Source: an uncultured delta proteobacterium
Lineage (GTDB): Bacteria; Desulfobacterota; Zymogenia; Zymogenales; Zymogenaceae
Direction: 5' to 3'
NCBI GenBank assembly: GCA_963792965.1
Contig: CAWBYW010000016.1
Location: 160,001 to 224,000 of the forward strand
Length of the DNA stretch: 64,000 bases
The position numbers and the translations under genes are program-made. Positions 1 through 9,860 of this stretch are shown in pieces; within the stretch, counting starts at the first letter, position 1, and the number at the start of each line of letters is the position of its first letter. The notes under the pieces are model-generated. The model was given only the letters and a program-made list of their open reading frames with translations. It was not told where the DNA came from and did not search any database.

Positions 1-703
1 TTCCGGGGTGCTGTCTAGTTTGATCTTCCCCTTCTCGATAACGACGATCCGGTCGGCCACCCGGATGATTTCTTCCATGTCATGGGAGATGATGATGACG
101 GTCTTGTTCTTGGCGTTGAGGGCCTTGATGTGCCGGATGGTCTCGGTCCTCGACTGGGGATCAAGTCCCTGGGTGGGCTCGTCGAATATGAGTATGGGAG
201 GATCCATAGCGAGGATCGAGGCGATGGCGACCTTGCGCTGCTCACCGCCGGAAAGGGTGAACGGCGAGCGCGTCCTGAGCCGGTCGATGTCAAGGTTGAC
301 GAGGCCTGCCGCATCACGACACTCGCCTTTCGACCTCCTCTTTCGAAAAACCCCCTCGGTTGACGAGGGAAAACGCGATCTCTTTCTCGACCGTCTCCTC
401 AAAGAGCTGGTGCTCGGGATACTGAAAGACGAGCCCTACCATTTCCCGCAGCCTGCCGGTCTTCTTGGTGGCGGGCGTCAGGTCAAAATCACCGACGCGG
501 ACGCTCCCCTTCGCGGGCGTCAGCAGTCCGTTGAGGTGCAGCGCCAGCGTCGTCTTCCCCGAGCCGGTGCGCCCGATCAGCGCGACGAACTGGCCCTCCT
601 CGATCGAGAGGTTCACCCCCGAGAGCGCCTCCTTTTCCAGCGGCGTATTGGGGAAAAAGACATGCGAGAGGTCTTTTATCTCGATGAGCGGTGCGGTCGT
701 CAT
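1..703 (-). CDS. ecfA2: ECF transporter ATP-binding subunit (EcfA2/CbiO-like); 3' end runs off the window; one frameshift near 315
   Basis: ORF 314..703 has Walker A GRTGSGKT and the VGLVFQYPEHQLFEETV motif. The shifted frame continues SPFTLSGGEQRKVAIASILAMDPPILIFDEPTQGLD...SHDMEE. Confidence 0.85.
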
Positions 704-954
704 GAGACTTTGTAGACCATGTCGCCCGGCCGAACCCTGTCTTTGATCTTGATCCCCACGAGTGCGCCTGACGCGACCTCGGTTACCGGGGCGTTGTCGA
801 TCTGCATCGACTCCACCACTTCCGTGAAATCGGTCGTCGCACCCTTGAAGCGGAGCTCGTCCCCAACCTTGAGGGAGCCCTCGACCTTTATGGCGGCAAC
901 CGACGGCTTGGCAAAGAACTTGATGACCTCTCCGATTTTTACCTCACTTGACAT
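700..954 (-). CDS. Small translation-elongation-factor-like beta-barrel protein (EF-Tu domain II / U32 C-terminal-like)
   Basis: Sequence KIGEVIKFFAKPSVAAIKVEGSLKVGDELRFKGATTDF...SMQID...VGIKIKDRVRPGDMVY. GGAGGAGG RBS at 961-968; stop overlaps the ecfA2 start. Confidence 0.7.
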   Translation of the reverse strand: MSSEVKIGEVIKFFAKPSVAAIKVEGSLKVGDELRFKGATTDFTEVVESMQIDNAPVTEVASGALVGIKIKDRVRPGDMVYKVS

Positions 955-996
955 CACACTCCTCCTCCCGTGGTAGTCAGCATGATCTATCCTTAT

Positions 997-2448
997 TCAT
1001 TCCCTTCTCATGGCCGACAGGATTCCGTTTGCGAGGTCCGTGACCTCCCTCTCCAGGACGGTTCGAGGATCGATGACGAGGCTCTCGTCCGAGATTCGTG
1101 CGATAATGGTCGGATGCTTGCGTCCTCAAGCGTCTCTCGAGCGCCTCGGGGCTCTCGGCCAGCGGAGCAATCGTTACCACCCTTGTCGGGATCTGTGCGG
1201 TGGGAAATGCCCCGCCGCCCACTCCCGAGAAGTCATCGGCGGTCGTGACGTGGAACTTCGGATGGGGCGTGGCCGCCAGCAGCTTCACGATCCTTTTGGC
1301 CCTTTTCTTCGTCTCGTCATAGGACATCGTAATCATCGCCAGGACCGGGATCTTTTTTCGCGCATCAAACGGGTCCCGATAAATCATCAGGGTCGATTCG
1401 ACGGCGGCAAGCGACAGCTTATCGATCCTCACGGCCCGCGCCAGTGGGTTCTTTTTAATGCGGTCCGATCGGGTCCGCCTCCCCTACGATGAACCCCGCC
1501 TGGGCACCGCCCAACAGCTTATCGCCCGAAAAACGTAATGACATCGACGCCCGATTTAATCACTTCCGAGACGGTCGGCTCATGGGGGAGGCCCCAGGGC
1601 CCGAGATCCATGAGCGAGCCGCTGCCGAGGTCCTCCATGACCGGGATGTCATATTTTTTCCCGAGCCCGACGAGCTCGGCGGTCGACACTTCCTCGGTGA
1701 ACCCGACGATCCGGTAATTGGAGGTGTGGACCTTGAGGAGGAGCGCGTCTGGCCGACCCGATGGCGCTCTCGTAGTCCGAAAGCCCTCGTCCGGTTCGTC
1801 GTGCCGACCTCTCTGAGGCGCGCGCCGCTCTTTTCCATGACATCCGGGATACTAAAAGCGCCGCCGATCTCCACCAGCTCTCCCCGTGAGACGATGACGT
1901 CCCTGCCGTCGGCAAGAGTATTGAGCGCAAGCAACACGGCCGCGGCGTTGTTGTTGACCGCAAGGCCCGCCTCCGCGGAGGTGATATGGGCGATCAGGTC
2001 GGAAACGTGGTCGTGGCGGGATCCCCGCTCTCCGCGCTCGACGTTGAATTCGAGATTGGAATAGCCCGAGGCGATGCGTACGATATGCTCGAGGGCCTCC
2101 GCGGCGAGGGGCGCGCGGCCGAGGTTTGTATGCAAGATAATCCCCGTGGCGTTGATGACGGGCGCAAGCTGACGGCGTGACCGATTTGATCAGCCACTGC
2201 TCGATGAGCGACAAGAGCTCCGGCTCCGAGACTTCGGCGGGATGCTCTTTGGACATGAGCTCTTTTCGCGCGGACAAAATGGCGCCTCTCACCGCCTCCT
2301 TTACCACCATCCTCGGAAAGCGCCTCGATAGTTCCGTGACCATGGGGTGAGCCAGCAGCTTATCCACCGCGGGGAGTTTGGCGAGAGGGGATTTTTGTGC
2401 CGGGTTTTCCGACTTTCTTGGCATGGCGCCGCTCGAGATTTTTTCCAT
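997..2448 (-). CDS. selA: L-seryl-tRNA(Sec) selenium transferase, split by several frameshifts
   Basis: Fragments carry [53 protein letters not shown], the PLP-lysine motif [12 protein letters not shown] (~1495-1535) and RIDKLSLAA. Confidence 0.9.
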
Positions 2449-2476
2449 CTATACCATACTTTGACGGATTTCTCAA
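2447..2476 (-). promoter_or_regulatory. Putative sigma70 promoter of selA
   Basis: Minus strand reads TTGAGA-N17-TATAGA with an extended TG. Confidence 0.4.
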
Positions 2477-2611
2477 GGAAAATAAGGCTCTATGGGCGAC
2501 GAACCTGACCCTCCCGCGCGGTTCTCAGTTCGGAAATGGAGATTTTGACCCTCAGGCGAGCGAAGGGCTCGGGGGGCCGAGCCCCGCCAAGACAAACGAT
2601 TCCGCCGCTCA

Positions 2612-2707
2612 TTATCTGACGGTAAAGGTAACTGAAGTCAGCTCCGCTCCACCCGAATCGGAGCCGTTCATGCGCAGGTCGTAGCTTCCGGGGGTCGTCG
2701 GGCCACA
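2612..2707 (-). pseudogene. Possible orphan 3' gene remnant (beta-rich C-terminus)
   Basis: An unlisted frame reads CGPTTPGSYDLRMNGSDSGGAELTSVTFTVR*. It looks protein-like but has no start or RBS and abuts the pfkB stop. Confidence 0.4.
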
Positions 2708-2711
2708 AGGC

Positions 2712-3716
2712 TTATAAATCCTCAATTTCTTTAACCAGACTTCGGTCCAGCCGCGCCCCGTGGCTTGCCACCACCTGGGCGGAGATGTAGGCCGCGATCC
2801 TGCCGGCCCTCTCCATGTCTATTCCGTGCGTGACCCCGTAGAGGATTCCCGCCGCGTAGGCGTCCCCCGCCCCGTTGGTGTTGACGACCCGGACGGGGTA
2901 AATCGGCACCCTGATGACACGGTCGTCGGCCTTGATGAGGCTTCCCCGCTGCCCGAGCTTGACGACGGCCAGATCGCACAGCTCGTATATCAGAGACAGC
3001 GCCTGTTCCTCGTCATCCTTTCCGGTGAACGCCCTGGCTTCAAGCTCATTGACGAAAATGATATCGGCGTATTCCTTGACAAGGTCGCGGATCGGCTCAA
3101 GGTTCCTTCCGATGAGGGCGGGGTCGGCAAGATCGATGGAGACCCGTCCCCCCGACTCATGCGCGATTTTCATCGCGTGGACGCAGGTCTCCCTCAACAG
3201 GGGGTCCTCCAGCTGGTACCCCTCAATATGAAGGGTCTTGCTCTCCCTGATGTCCTCATCAAGGATATCTTCCTTCCTGAAATGGATTGCCGCGCCCAGA
3301 TGCGTGGCAAACGTCCGCTCGGAATCCGGGGTAATGAAGGTGATAGCGTGGCCGGTGCCTGCGGACTTGTGCCTGGAGAGCTTGGATGCGACCCCGTCTA
3401 CGATCGTCCTCTGCTCATAGACCGTCCCGTGGTAGTCGTCGCCGATCTTGCCGAGGAAGACGGCGCTCCCCCCGAGGGCGCTGACGCCGGCCAGGGTGTT
3501 GGCCGATGAGCCCCCCGGGGCGGTCTTTACCGTGTAGCTCTCCAGCATCTTGAGGATCTTGGTGCTCTGGGCTTCGTCTATCAGGTGCATCTCGCCCTTC
3601 TTCATATCGATCTCGGCCAGCACTCCCTCGTCCACCTCGACGATGAAATCCAACAGCGGGCTCCCGATTCCGCAGACATCGTATCGCTTCACCGAATGTT
3701 CCTCAGGCTTCATCAT
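2712..3716 (-). CDS. PfkB family carbohydrate/nucleoside kinase (adenosine kinase-like)
   Basis: PGGSSANT N-terminal motif and NTNGAGDAYAAG PfkB signature. Confidence 0.9.
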   Translation of the reverse strand: MMKPEEHSVKRYDVCGIGSPLLDFIVEVDEGVLAEIDMKKGEMHLIDEAQSTKILKMLESYTVKTAPGGSSANTLAGVSALGGSAVFLGKIGDDYHGTVYEQRTIVDGVASKLSRHKSAGTGHAITFITPDSERTFATHLGAAIHFRKEDILDEDIRESKTLHIEGYQLEDPLLRETCVHAMKIAHESGGRVSIDLADPALIGRNLEPIRDLVKEYADIIFVNELEARAFTGKDDEEQALSLIYELCDLAVVKLGQRGSLIKADDRVIRVPIYPVRVVNTNGAGDAYAAGILYGVTHGIDMERAGRIAAYISAQVVASHGARLDRSLVKEIEDL

Positions 3717-3756
3717 CGCCCCACCGATACTCTATTACTGTGCATTCCGTCACACT

Positions 3757-5333
3757 CTACCGTCCGAGCAGGAGGCGACCGATAATCGACCGGATCGTCT
3801 CGTCATCACGCCCGGTCGAGTCGACGCCGAGGGAATCGGGCCTCTCCGATGCGTCGAGTGGCTCGCGGAGCAGCTTTTGCTTCAGGTAGACCTCAAAGGT
3901 CGCGTCCGACGCGTTTTTCTCCTTCATCCGCTTGGCAATCCTTCTCTTGACCACGTCGTCCGGGCACGTGACGGCAACTATAAGGAAACGCGCCCCGGTC
4001 TTTTCGGCGACGCTCTTTGCCTCCTGCCTCTCTTTGTGCTTGAGGAAGCATGCGTCCAGGATCACGGATCGGTTGGCCCCGAGCGCTTTTTCGGCGCGCG
4101 CATACAGGGTAGCGTAGGTTTTCCTGGTCATCGTGGTCGAGTAGATCCCGGATCCGAAACGGTCGTAGTGGTGAGCCAGAGGGCTTTGCCCCGCCAGCTC
4201 CTTTCTCACCTCGTCGGAGCGATAGACAATGCTGTCCATTTCGTCGGCAAGATCGTCGGCGATTCGGCTCTTGCCCGTCCCGGCAAGGCCGAACATGATG
4301 ATCAAGAACGGGCGCGTCTCCCTCACCGCATAGTGATGGGCAAGGTGAAAATAGCCCCGGGCCCGCCCGGCCGCCTCTTCTTTTTCTTCTGAGTCGATCT
4401 CCGCCTCTCCCAGCTCGAAGCTCAGCACCTTTCCCCGGGTAAAGGCGTGGTAGCAGGCGTAAAAGTCTATCAGCTCGCCGAGCCGTGTGTCCCCCGAGAG
4501 CCGCACATATTCTTCGACGAAGAAGCGCGGCAAGTCCCGGATACCTGAAGGAGTCCAGATCCATCTTGAGAAAGGCGATATCCTGGGCCACGTCCCCCAT
4601 CCGGAATCGCTCGTTGAACTCGATGCAGTCATAGATATAGATATCCTTTGTGGTGATGCAGATGTTTCTCGAGTGGAGGTCTCCGTGCCCCTCCCTGATA
4701 AACCCGCCCGCGACCCTCTCCTCCAAGAGGTCGGCCTTCTCCCTGAAGAAGCGCTCGGTATAGTCCTTGATCGTCTCAAAGTCGAGGGGCGGTATCGTCT
4801 TTGAGATATACTTTTTCGTCTGGTTGAAGTTCTCGTCGCAGTTGAGCCCGATCACAGGGATCGTCCCGTATCGGTTGACGTGCTGGCCCGTGCGCGCGGC
4901 GCGGTAAAACGGGACGAGGACCCCGACTATCCGCGCGATGTCGCCTCTCCCGACCTTCCCCGCGGCAAGCCCCACGTCCATCATCCCCCGCGCCGGGAGC
5001 CGCCTCATCACGACGGCGAAGTCTATGACGGTGCCCGCGCCCTCTGACCGCGATGCGTGTCCCGTCATCCGTAATCGGCACCACGCCGAGATAGACATCG
5101 GGGCAGAGCCGCGCGTTGAGCGCGACTTCCTGCTCGCAGTAGAACTTACGCTTTTCCAGCGTGGTGAAATCGAGGAATCCGAAGTCCACCGGCTTCTTGA
5201 TCTTGTAGACGAGGTCGCCGGCGATAAATACGACCGAGATATGGGTCTGGATGACCTCGGCCCGCTTGGGCCAGTGGGGAAAGCTCCCGGGCTTGCTGAG
5301 CGACTCGATGAGCGCCGTCAGGGGCATGGACAA
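3757..5333 (-). CDS. Bifunctional aminoglycoside-phosphotransferase-like / AAA_33 P-loop kinase protein, two frameshifts
   Basis: N-terminal [22 protein letters not shown], middle [12 protein letters not shown] and [11 protein letters not shown]-terminal [19 protein letters not shown], spread over three overlapping ORFs. Confidence 0.85.
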
Positions 5334-5417
5334 CTCCGATAGGGGAAAATAGCAAGGGGGAAAGACGGCTTCCCCCCACGTAACTCAGTCACAGGAATGA
5401 TTCGCGCGCGCCTCTCA

Positions 5418-6596
5418 TTACGAGAAGAGGTCGTCGAAAAATCTTTTCTTCGTCTTGATTTTCAACAGACTGAAAATGTCCCGCTGAATGTCCCGGATGC
5501 TCTTTCCGGCCTCAACCATGACGTCCTGTTTGCGCCACTCGTCGAGCCGAAACGGGTGGTCCGACAGGCCCGACAGGTCAAAGCCCTCATCGTGGGCCTT
5601 CTGTACGAATCCCTGCGGCAGCTCGTTGGGAAGCGTCACGTCGTTCATGATCGCCCACACCATCGTCCAGAGCCGCGCCGTGTTGAAATGGTTGTAGCCG
5701 CCGCCCCCGAGCGCGATCCATCGCTTTGCGTTCTGGCGCATCTTCGTTACGGCGTGGACGTAGCCCTGGGTGGTGAGGTTGAGGTTTGCCAGGGGGTCGG
5801 TCAGCATCATGTCGCAGCCCACCTGGCTGACCAGGACGTCCGGGGAGAACTTCTCGATGACCGGGACAAAAATATCGTCAAAGGCCCACATAAAGGTCCG
5901 GTCGTCGGTCCCGTAGCGGAGCGGAACGTTGAGGGAATACCCTTTCCCCTTGCCGGCGCCGATCTCCTCGGTAAAGCCCGTCCCGGGGAAGAGGGACTTG
6001 CCGCTCTCGTGAAACGAGAGGGTAAGGACCCTGTCGGTATCGTAGAAGGCGGCCTGCACGCCGTCGCCGTGGTGCGCGTCGATGTCGACGTACATCACCT
6101 TGAGCCGCTTCTTGACCAGGTACTGGATCGCGATGACGATATCGTTGACGAAACAGAATCCCGCGGCCCGATCCTTCATGGCGTGGTGCATACCGCCGGC
6201 CATGTTGAAGGCGGCCCAGGCCTTGCCTTCGGCCACCGTCCGCGCCGCCGTCATCGTGTTCCCGAGGACCATCAGGGAAAAATCGAGGATGCCGGGGAAG
6301 ACCGGGTTATCTCCCGGGCCGATGTTATATTTCGCGTGCTCGGGCAGGTAGGTGCCGTCGTTTGCGCTCTTCAACGCCTCCATATAGCCCGCGTCATGGT
6401 AGGAGAGGGCCTCCTCGATCGGCGCCGCCGACGAAGAGAGATAGAGGGAATTTTCGAGCTTATCCAGCCCATATGCGCGGATCAGCTCCATCGCGTAGGT
6501 AACCCGCTCCCATTTGAGCGGATGTCCCGGCCCGTAGTTGAACTTCTCAAACCCCTCGGGGATGATCAGGGCGGTCTTTTTTGAGCGCTTGAAAAT
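5418..6596 (-). CDS. acuC: Histone deacetylase family protein (AcuC-like); probable ATT start
   Basis: Motifs GGMHHA, GFCFVND, DIDAHHGDGVQ, HESGKSLFPGTG and GGGGY. The conserved NYGPGHPLK lies in frame upstream of the called Met. Confidence 0.85.
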   Translation of the reverse strand: MFKRSKKTALIIPEGFEKFNYGPGHPLKWERVTYAMELIRAYGLDKLENSLYLSSSAAPIEEALSYHDAGYMEALKSANDGTYLPEHAKYNIGPGDNPVFPGILDFSLMVLGNTMTAARTVAEGKAWAAFNMAGGMHHAMKDRAAGFCFVNDIVIAIQYLVKKRLKVMYVDIDAHHGDGVQAAFYDTDRVLTLSFHESGKSLFPGTGFTEEIGAGKGKGYSLNVPLRYGTDDRTFMWAFDDIFVPVIEKFSPDVLVSQVGCDMMLTDPLANLNLTTQGYVHAVTKMRQNAKRWIALGGGGYNHFNTARLWTMVWAIMNDVTLPNELPQGFVQKAHDEGFDLSGLSDHPFRLDEWRKQDVMVEAGKSIRDIQRDIFSLLKIKTKKRFFDDLFS

Positions 6597-6680
6597 AGCT
6601 AACCTCCTGAAATCCTGCCTCCCAATCAGCTGTATTGAGACCCACCGATATCGACGCGGCGACCTTAGCTTCGCTCAGTC

Positions 6681-7932
6681 CTACGGGGCGCCGAACGCCA
6701 TGCTGGCGAAGGTGACGGTGGAATCCGCGCTGTCCATCACCGTGCTGTCGTAGGAGAGGAGCCTCCCCTTCTTGTTTTCCAGCACCCTGAGCATCGTATA
6801 GATCGCCGGAAAGCCGCAGATCCTGCGTTTGTCGTCGTCCGACGCGATATGCTCGAGGAATCGATCCGCGTCTCCCGACGCGATCACCTCGATCATCTCA
6901 TGGTCCCTTTCCCCGACGGTGGCCAGGTGCTCCCGCGTGGGGGGATGCTCGTCCCCGTATTTCACCCCGACGTGGGCAAAATCGACCGAGGCAATCAGCA
7001 CGACCCTTCCCCGAAACGACGCCACGGCCCCCTTGAGGGCGGCGATGAAATCCTCCACGACCGTCTTGACCGGCGCCAGCCGCTCCGAATAGAAGATCGA
7101 GTGGGGAAAGGAGGTGAGGATCGGCGCGATGGTAAACGGCGCATCGCCCAGCACGTACTTGAGAAAGACGGTCTGAAACTCGACGGTGTGCTCCGTGCGG
7201 TGGATCATCTCGCCGGTAAAGAGCCGGTCCCCGAAGCGCGCGCCCAGATCGTCCATGAACTCACGGTTCGTCCGGGCAACTCCGAACGGCGTCATGAAGT
7301 CCTTTTTCGTCCCGGCATAAAGCTGTTCGATCCCGGCGTGGCCGACGCCGAGCACCACGTAGAGGTCCGCCCTCGGCGCGCGCGCCAGCGCCGAGTAGGC
7401 GTGGGCGAAGCAGGTCCCCCGGAGGCGATGCTGATGTGGGGGGCAAGGAGCGCCGAAAGCCCGTCCCGGTCGGCGCCTGTACCATTGATCGGGTCCCCAC
7501 GGCCGCCCCACCGTCGACCCCCGCGAAGTAGGAGGAGAACTCCTCTTTGAGCTTCTCAGGATCGGTCTGGTACCCGGCGCCCATATGGACCGCGGGACGG
7601 ATCTGTGCGCGGAAAAAATCCCCCTCTATACGCCGCTTCTCTTTCAGGAACGATTCGCTCACCAGGAAATAGCTCTTGTCCAGCTCTTCGGCCACCTTCC
7701 TGATGTCTTCCAGGTCAAGGGTCGCGCCTGAATGCTTTTCTACTTCGGCCTGGATCTCCCGGAAGGTCTTGGTGCCGTCAAAAAATTGCATAACGGCCAC
7801 GACCTCCCGGGGGACAAAGAGAACCCGGTCCGTGTAAAGTAAGGGGTCCCTGAGCACGAGCCCCTCCTTGCCGCCGACGCTCATCGGGACGAACTCGACG
7901 TTTCTGAGCTTGGGATAGTCGTTATCGGCCAA
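6681..7932 (-). CDS. amrB: AmmeMemoRadiSam system protein B (MEMO1 family) with N-terminal extension; frameshifted near 7430-7510
   Basis: Motifs IRPAVHMGAGY, VLGVGH, HRTEHTVEFQ, IASVDFAHVG..YGD and RICGFPAIY; TTG start at 7932. Confidence 0.8.
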
Positions 7933-8111
7933 ATCTGCACCTTTCTCGAATCGCGTGAGACCGCAAACTCGGAAAGTCCGGTTAAAGGGACTCTTTCTAT
8001 TACGTATCACACCACAAGGCTTTGGTCAAGCCCAAAACAGGCGCGTGCCCCGACACACCGCGAGCGCAGTGGCGCGCGATAGAGCGCCGGACCCGTGTCA
8101 ACTCAATGTTA

Positions 8112-8140
8112 TTGAAACCACGCCCATCATCTGATATGAT
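8112..8140 (+). promoter_or_regulatory. Putative sigma70 promoter
   Basis: TTGAAA-N17-TATGAT upstream of the MBL hydrolase gene. Confidence 0.5.
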
Positions 8141-8167
8141 GGCTCAGGTTTTTTTACAGGGTGTCTC

Positions 8168-9763
8168 ATGAAAATCACCTTCATCGGCGGGGCGCGGACC
8201 GTCACCGGCTCTTCGTTCCTGCTGTCCACAGACGGCGCCAATATCCTGGTCGACTGCGGGATGTTTCAGGGCGGGCGCGAGCTCATCGCCCGAAACTACC
8301 TCGAGCCGATCTACGACCCCAAAGACATCGACGCGGTCGTGCTGACGCACGCCCACATCGACCACAGCGGGCTGATCCCGAAGCTCGTGCGCGGCGGATT
8401 TTCCGGAAAAATCTATACGACCAAGGCGACGGCCGACCTCTGCGAGCTGATGCTGCTGGACTCCGCGCACATCCAGGAGATGGACGCACGCTGGAAAACC
8501 AGAAAGAACCTCAGGCGCGGGCTGGCCGAGATGCCCCCTCTCTATACCGTCGACGACGCGCAGAAGTCGCTGCCTCACTTTTCGCGCGTAACGTACGACC
8601 AGACCTTCTCTCCCGCGCCGGGCATCGAGGTCGTCTTCCGCGACGCCGGCCACATCCTCGGCTCGGGAATGATCGAGATGACCTGTCCCGTTGACGGCGG
8701 CACAAAAAGGAAGCTCGTTTTCTCAGGAGACATCGGGACGAGCGACCAGCCCATCATCCGGGACCCGAGCACGATTTCCGAGGCCGATTTTCTCTTCATC
8801 GAATCGACCTACGGAAACCGCACCCACCGGACCATCGAAGAGAGCAAGGAAGAGTTCACCGAGGCGCTGCTGTCGACCACGCGGCTGGGCGGCAAGGTCA
8901 TCATCCCGTCGTTTGCCGTGGGCCGTACCCAGGAGATCATCTATTATCTGGCGGAGCTCACGCGAGCGGGCAGGCTCCCGGCCCTCCCCATTATCGTCGA
9001 CAGCCCCATGGCCACCTCGGCCACGAAGATCATGGAGAACAACCCCGACTGTTTCGATCAAGAAACGAAAGACCTCATCGCCGGCGGGAAGGACCCGCTG
9101 GAAATCCCGACCCTGAAATTCACGCGGTCCACCGAGGAGTCGATGGCGATCAACACGATGAAGGGAAGTGCGATCATCATCTCGTCCTCCGGCATGTGCG
9201 ACGGGGGGCGCATCAGGCACCACCTGCGCCACAACCTCTGGCGGCCGGAGACCACGGTGATCTTCGTCGGCTACCAGGCCGAGGGGACCCTCGGCCGCCA
9301 GATCGTCAACGGAGACCAGGAGGTCAGGATCTTCGGCGAAGAGGTACAGGTCAAGGCGAAGATCTACACGATCAACGGCCTGTCGGCCCACGCCGACCGG
9401 GACGGGCTGCTGGACTGGGCGTCTCATTTTCGGGGCGCGGCCCCGACGACGTTCGTGATCCACGGCGAGGAGCGCTCCGCGCTCGATTTCTCCGAGACCC
9501 TCAAGGCGGAGCTGTCGCTGACGACCTACGTGCCCTCCTGGAGGGAGACGGTGGAGCTTTCCCCGGATAAGAGCTTCCGGTCGCTACCGGCGGCCGAGGC
9601 GGGCAAAGAGATCCCGATATTCGCAAAGAAATATGAGGGTGACCTTGCCTCCATCAAGGAGAAGCTGGCGAGCCTCGAAAAGAAGGGGATCACGGGGAAG
9701 AAAGAAGTCGCAGACCGCTTGGGGGCGATCAAGAATATTTTGAGTGAGATCGAGGACGAGTAG
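8168..9763 (+). CDS. MBL-fold beta-CASP ribonuclease (RNA-processing metallo-beta-lactamase)
   Basis: Motifs GGARTVTGS, DCGMFQG, THAHIDHSG, AGHILGS, ESTYGNR, GYQAEGTLGR, SAHAD and IHGE. Confidence 0.92.
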   Translation: MKITFIGGARTVTGSSFLLSTDGANILVDCGMFQGGRELIARNYLEPIYDPKDIDAVVLTHAHIDHSGLIPKLVRGGFSGKIYTTKATADLCELMLLDSAHIQEMDARWKTRKNLRRGLAEMPPLYTVDDAQKSLPHFSRVTYDQTFSPAPGIEVVFRDAGHILGSGMIEMTCPVDGGTKRKLVFSGDIGTSDQPIIRDPSTISEADFLFIESTYGNRTHRTIEESKEEFTEALLSTTRLGGKVIIPSFAVGRTQEIIYYLAELTRAGRLPALPIIVDSPMATSATKIMENNPDCFDQETKDLIAGGKDPLEIPTLKFTRSTEESMAINTMKGSAIIISSSGMCDGGRIRHHLRHNLWRPETTVIFVGYQAEGTLGRQIVNGDQEVRIFGEEVQVKAKIYTINGLSAHADRDGLLDWASHFRGAAPTTFVIHGEERSALDFSETLKAELSLTTYVPSWRETVELSPDKSFRSLPAAEAGKEIPIFAKKYEGDLASIKEKLASLEKKGITGKKEVADRLGAIKNILSEIEDE

Positions 9764-9790
9764 CCGCCCGGCAGACGTGGACGAAGACCC

Positions 9791-9814
9791 GTAGGGGCGG
9801 CATATATGCCGCCC
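9791..9814. repeat. GTAG-type REP-like palindrome
   Basis: GTAG followed by the perfect 20-bp palindrome GGGCGGCATA|TATGCCGCCC in an intergenic position. Confidence 0.55.
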
Positions 9815-9860
9815 GTCTCCAGCCCGCGATGACGAATAGACAAATGCTGAGGAACCATCC

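Noticed and set aside
314-316. TGA as selenocysteine readthrough in ecfA2 (similarly the TGA near 33000 in icd)
   Set aside because: Homology continues in a different frame, so these are indels, not in-frame UGA codons.
2490-2708. tRNA-Sec (selC) or 6S/SRP RNA next to selA
   Set aside because: There is no cloverleaf with a TCA anticodon loop plus a GTTCGA T-arm, and no SRP GGAA-loop motif. The listed 72-aa ORF is also not protein-like.
5397-6584. Long antisense ORFs (e.g. 5397..6584, 17040..18161, 23165..24298, 25138..26298, 61655..62953)
   Set aside because: They are shadow frames of well-supported genes in high-GC DNA and carry no family motifs.
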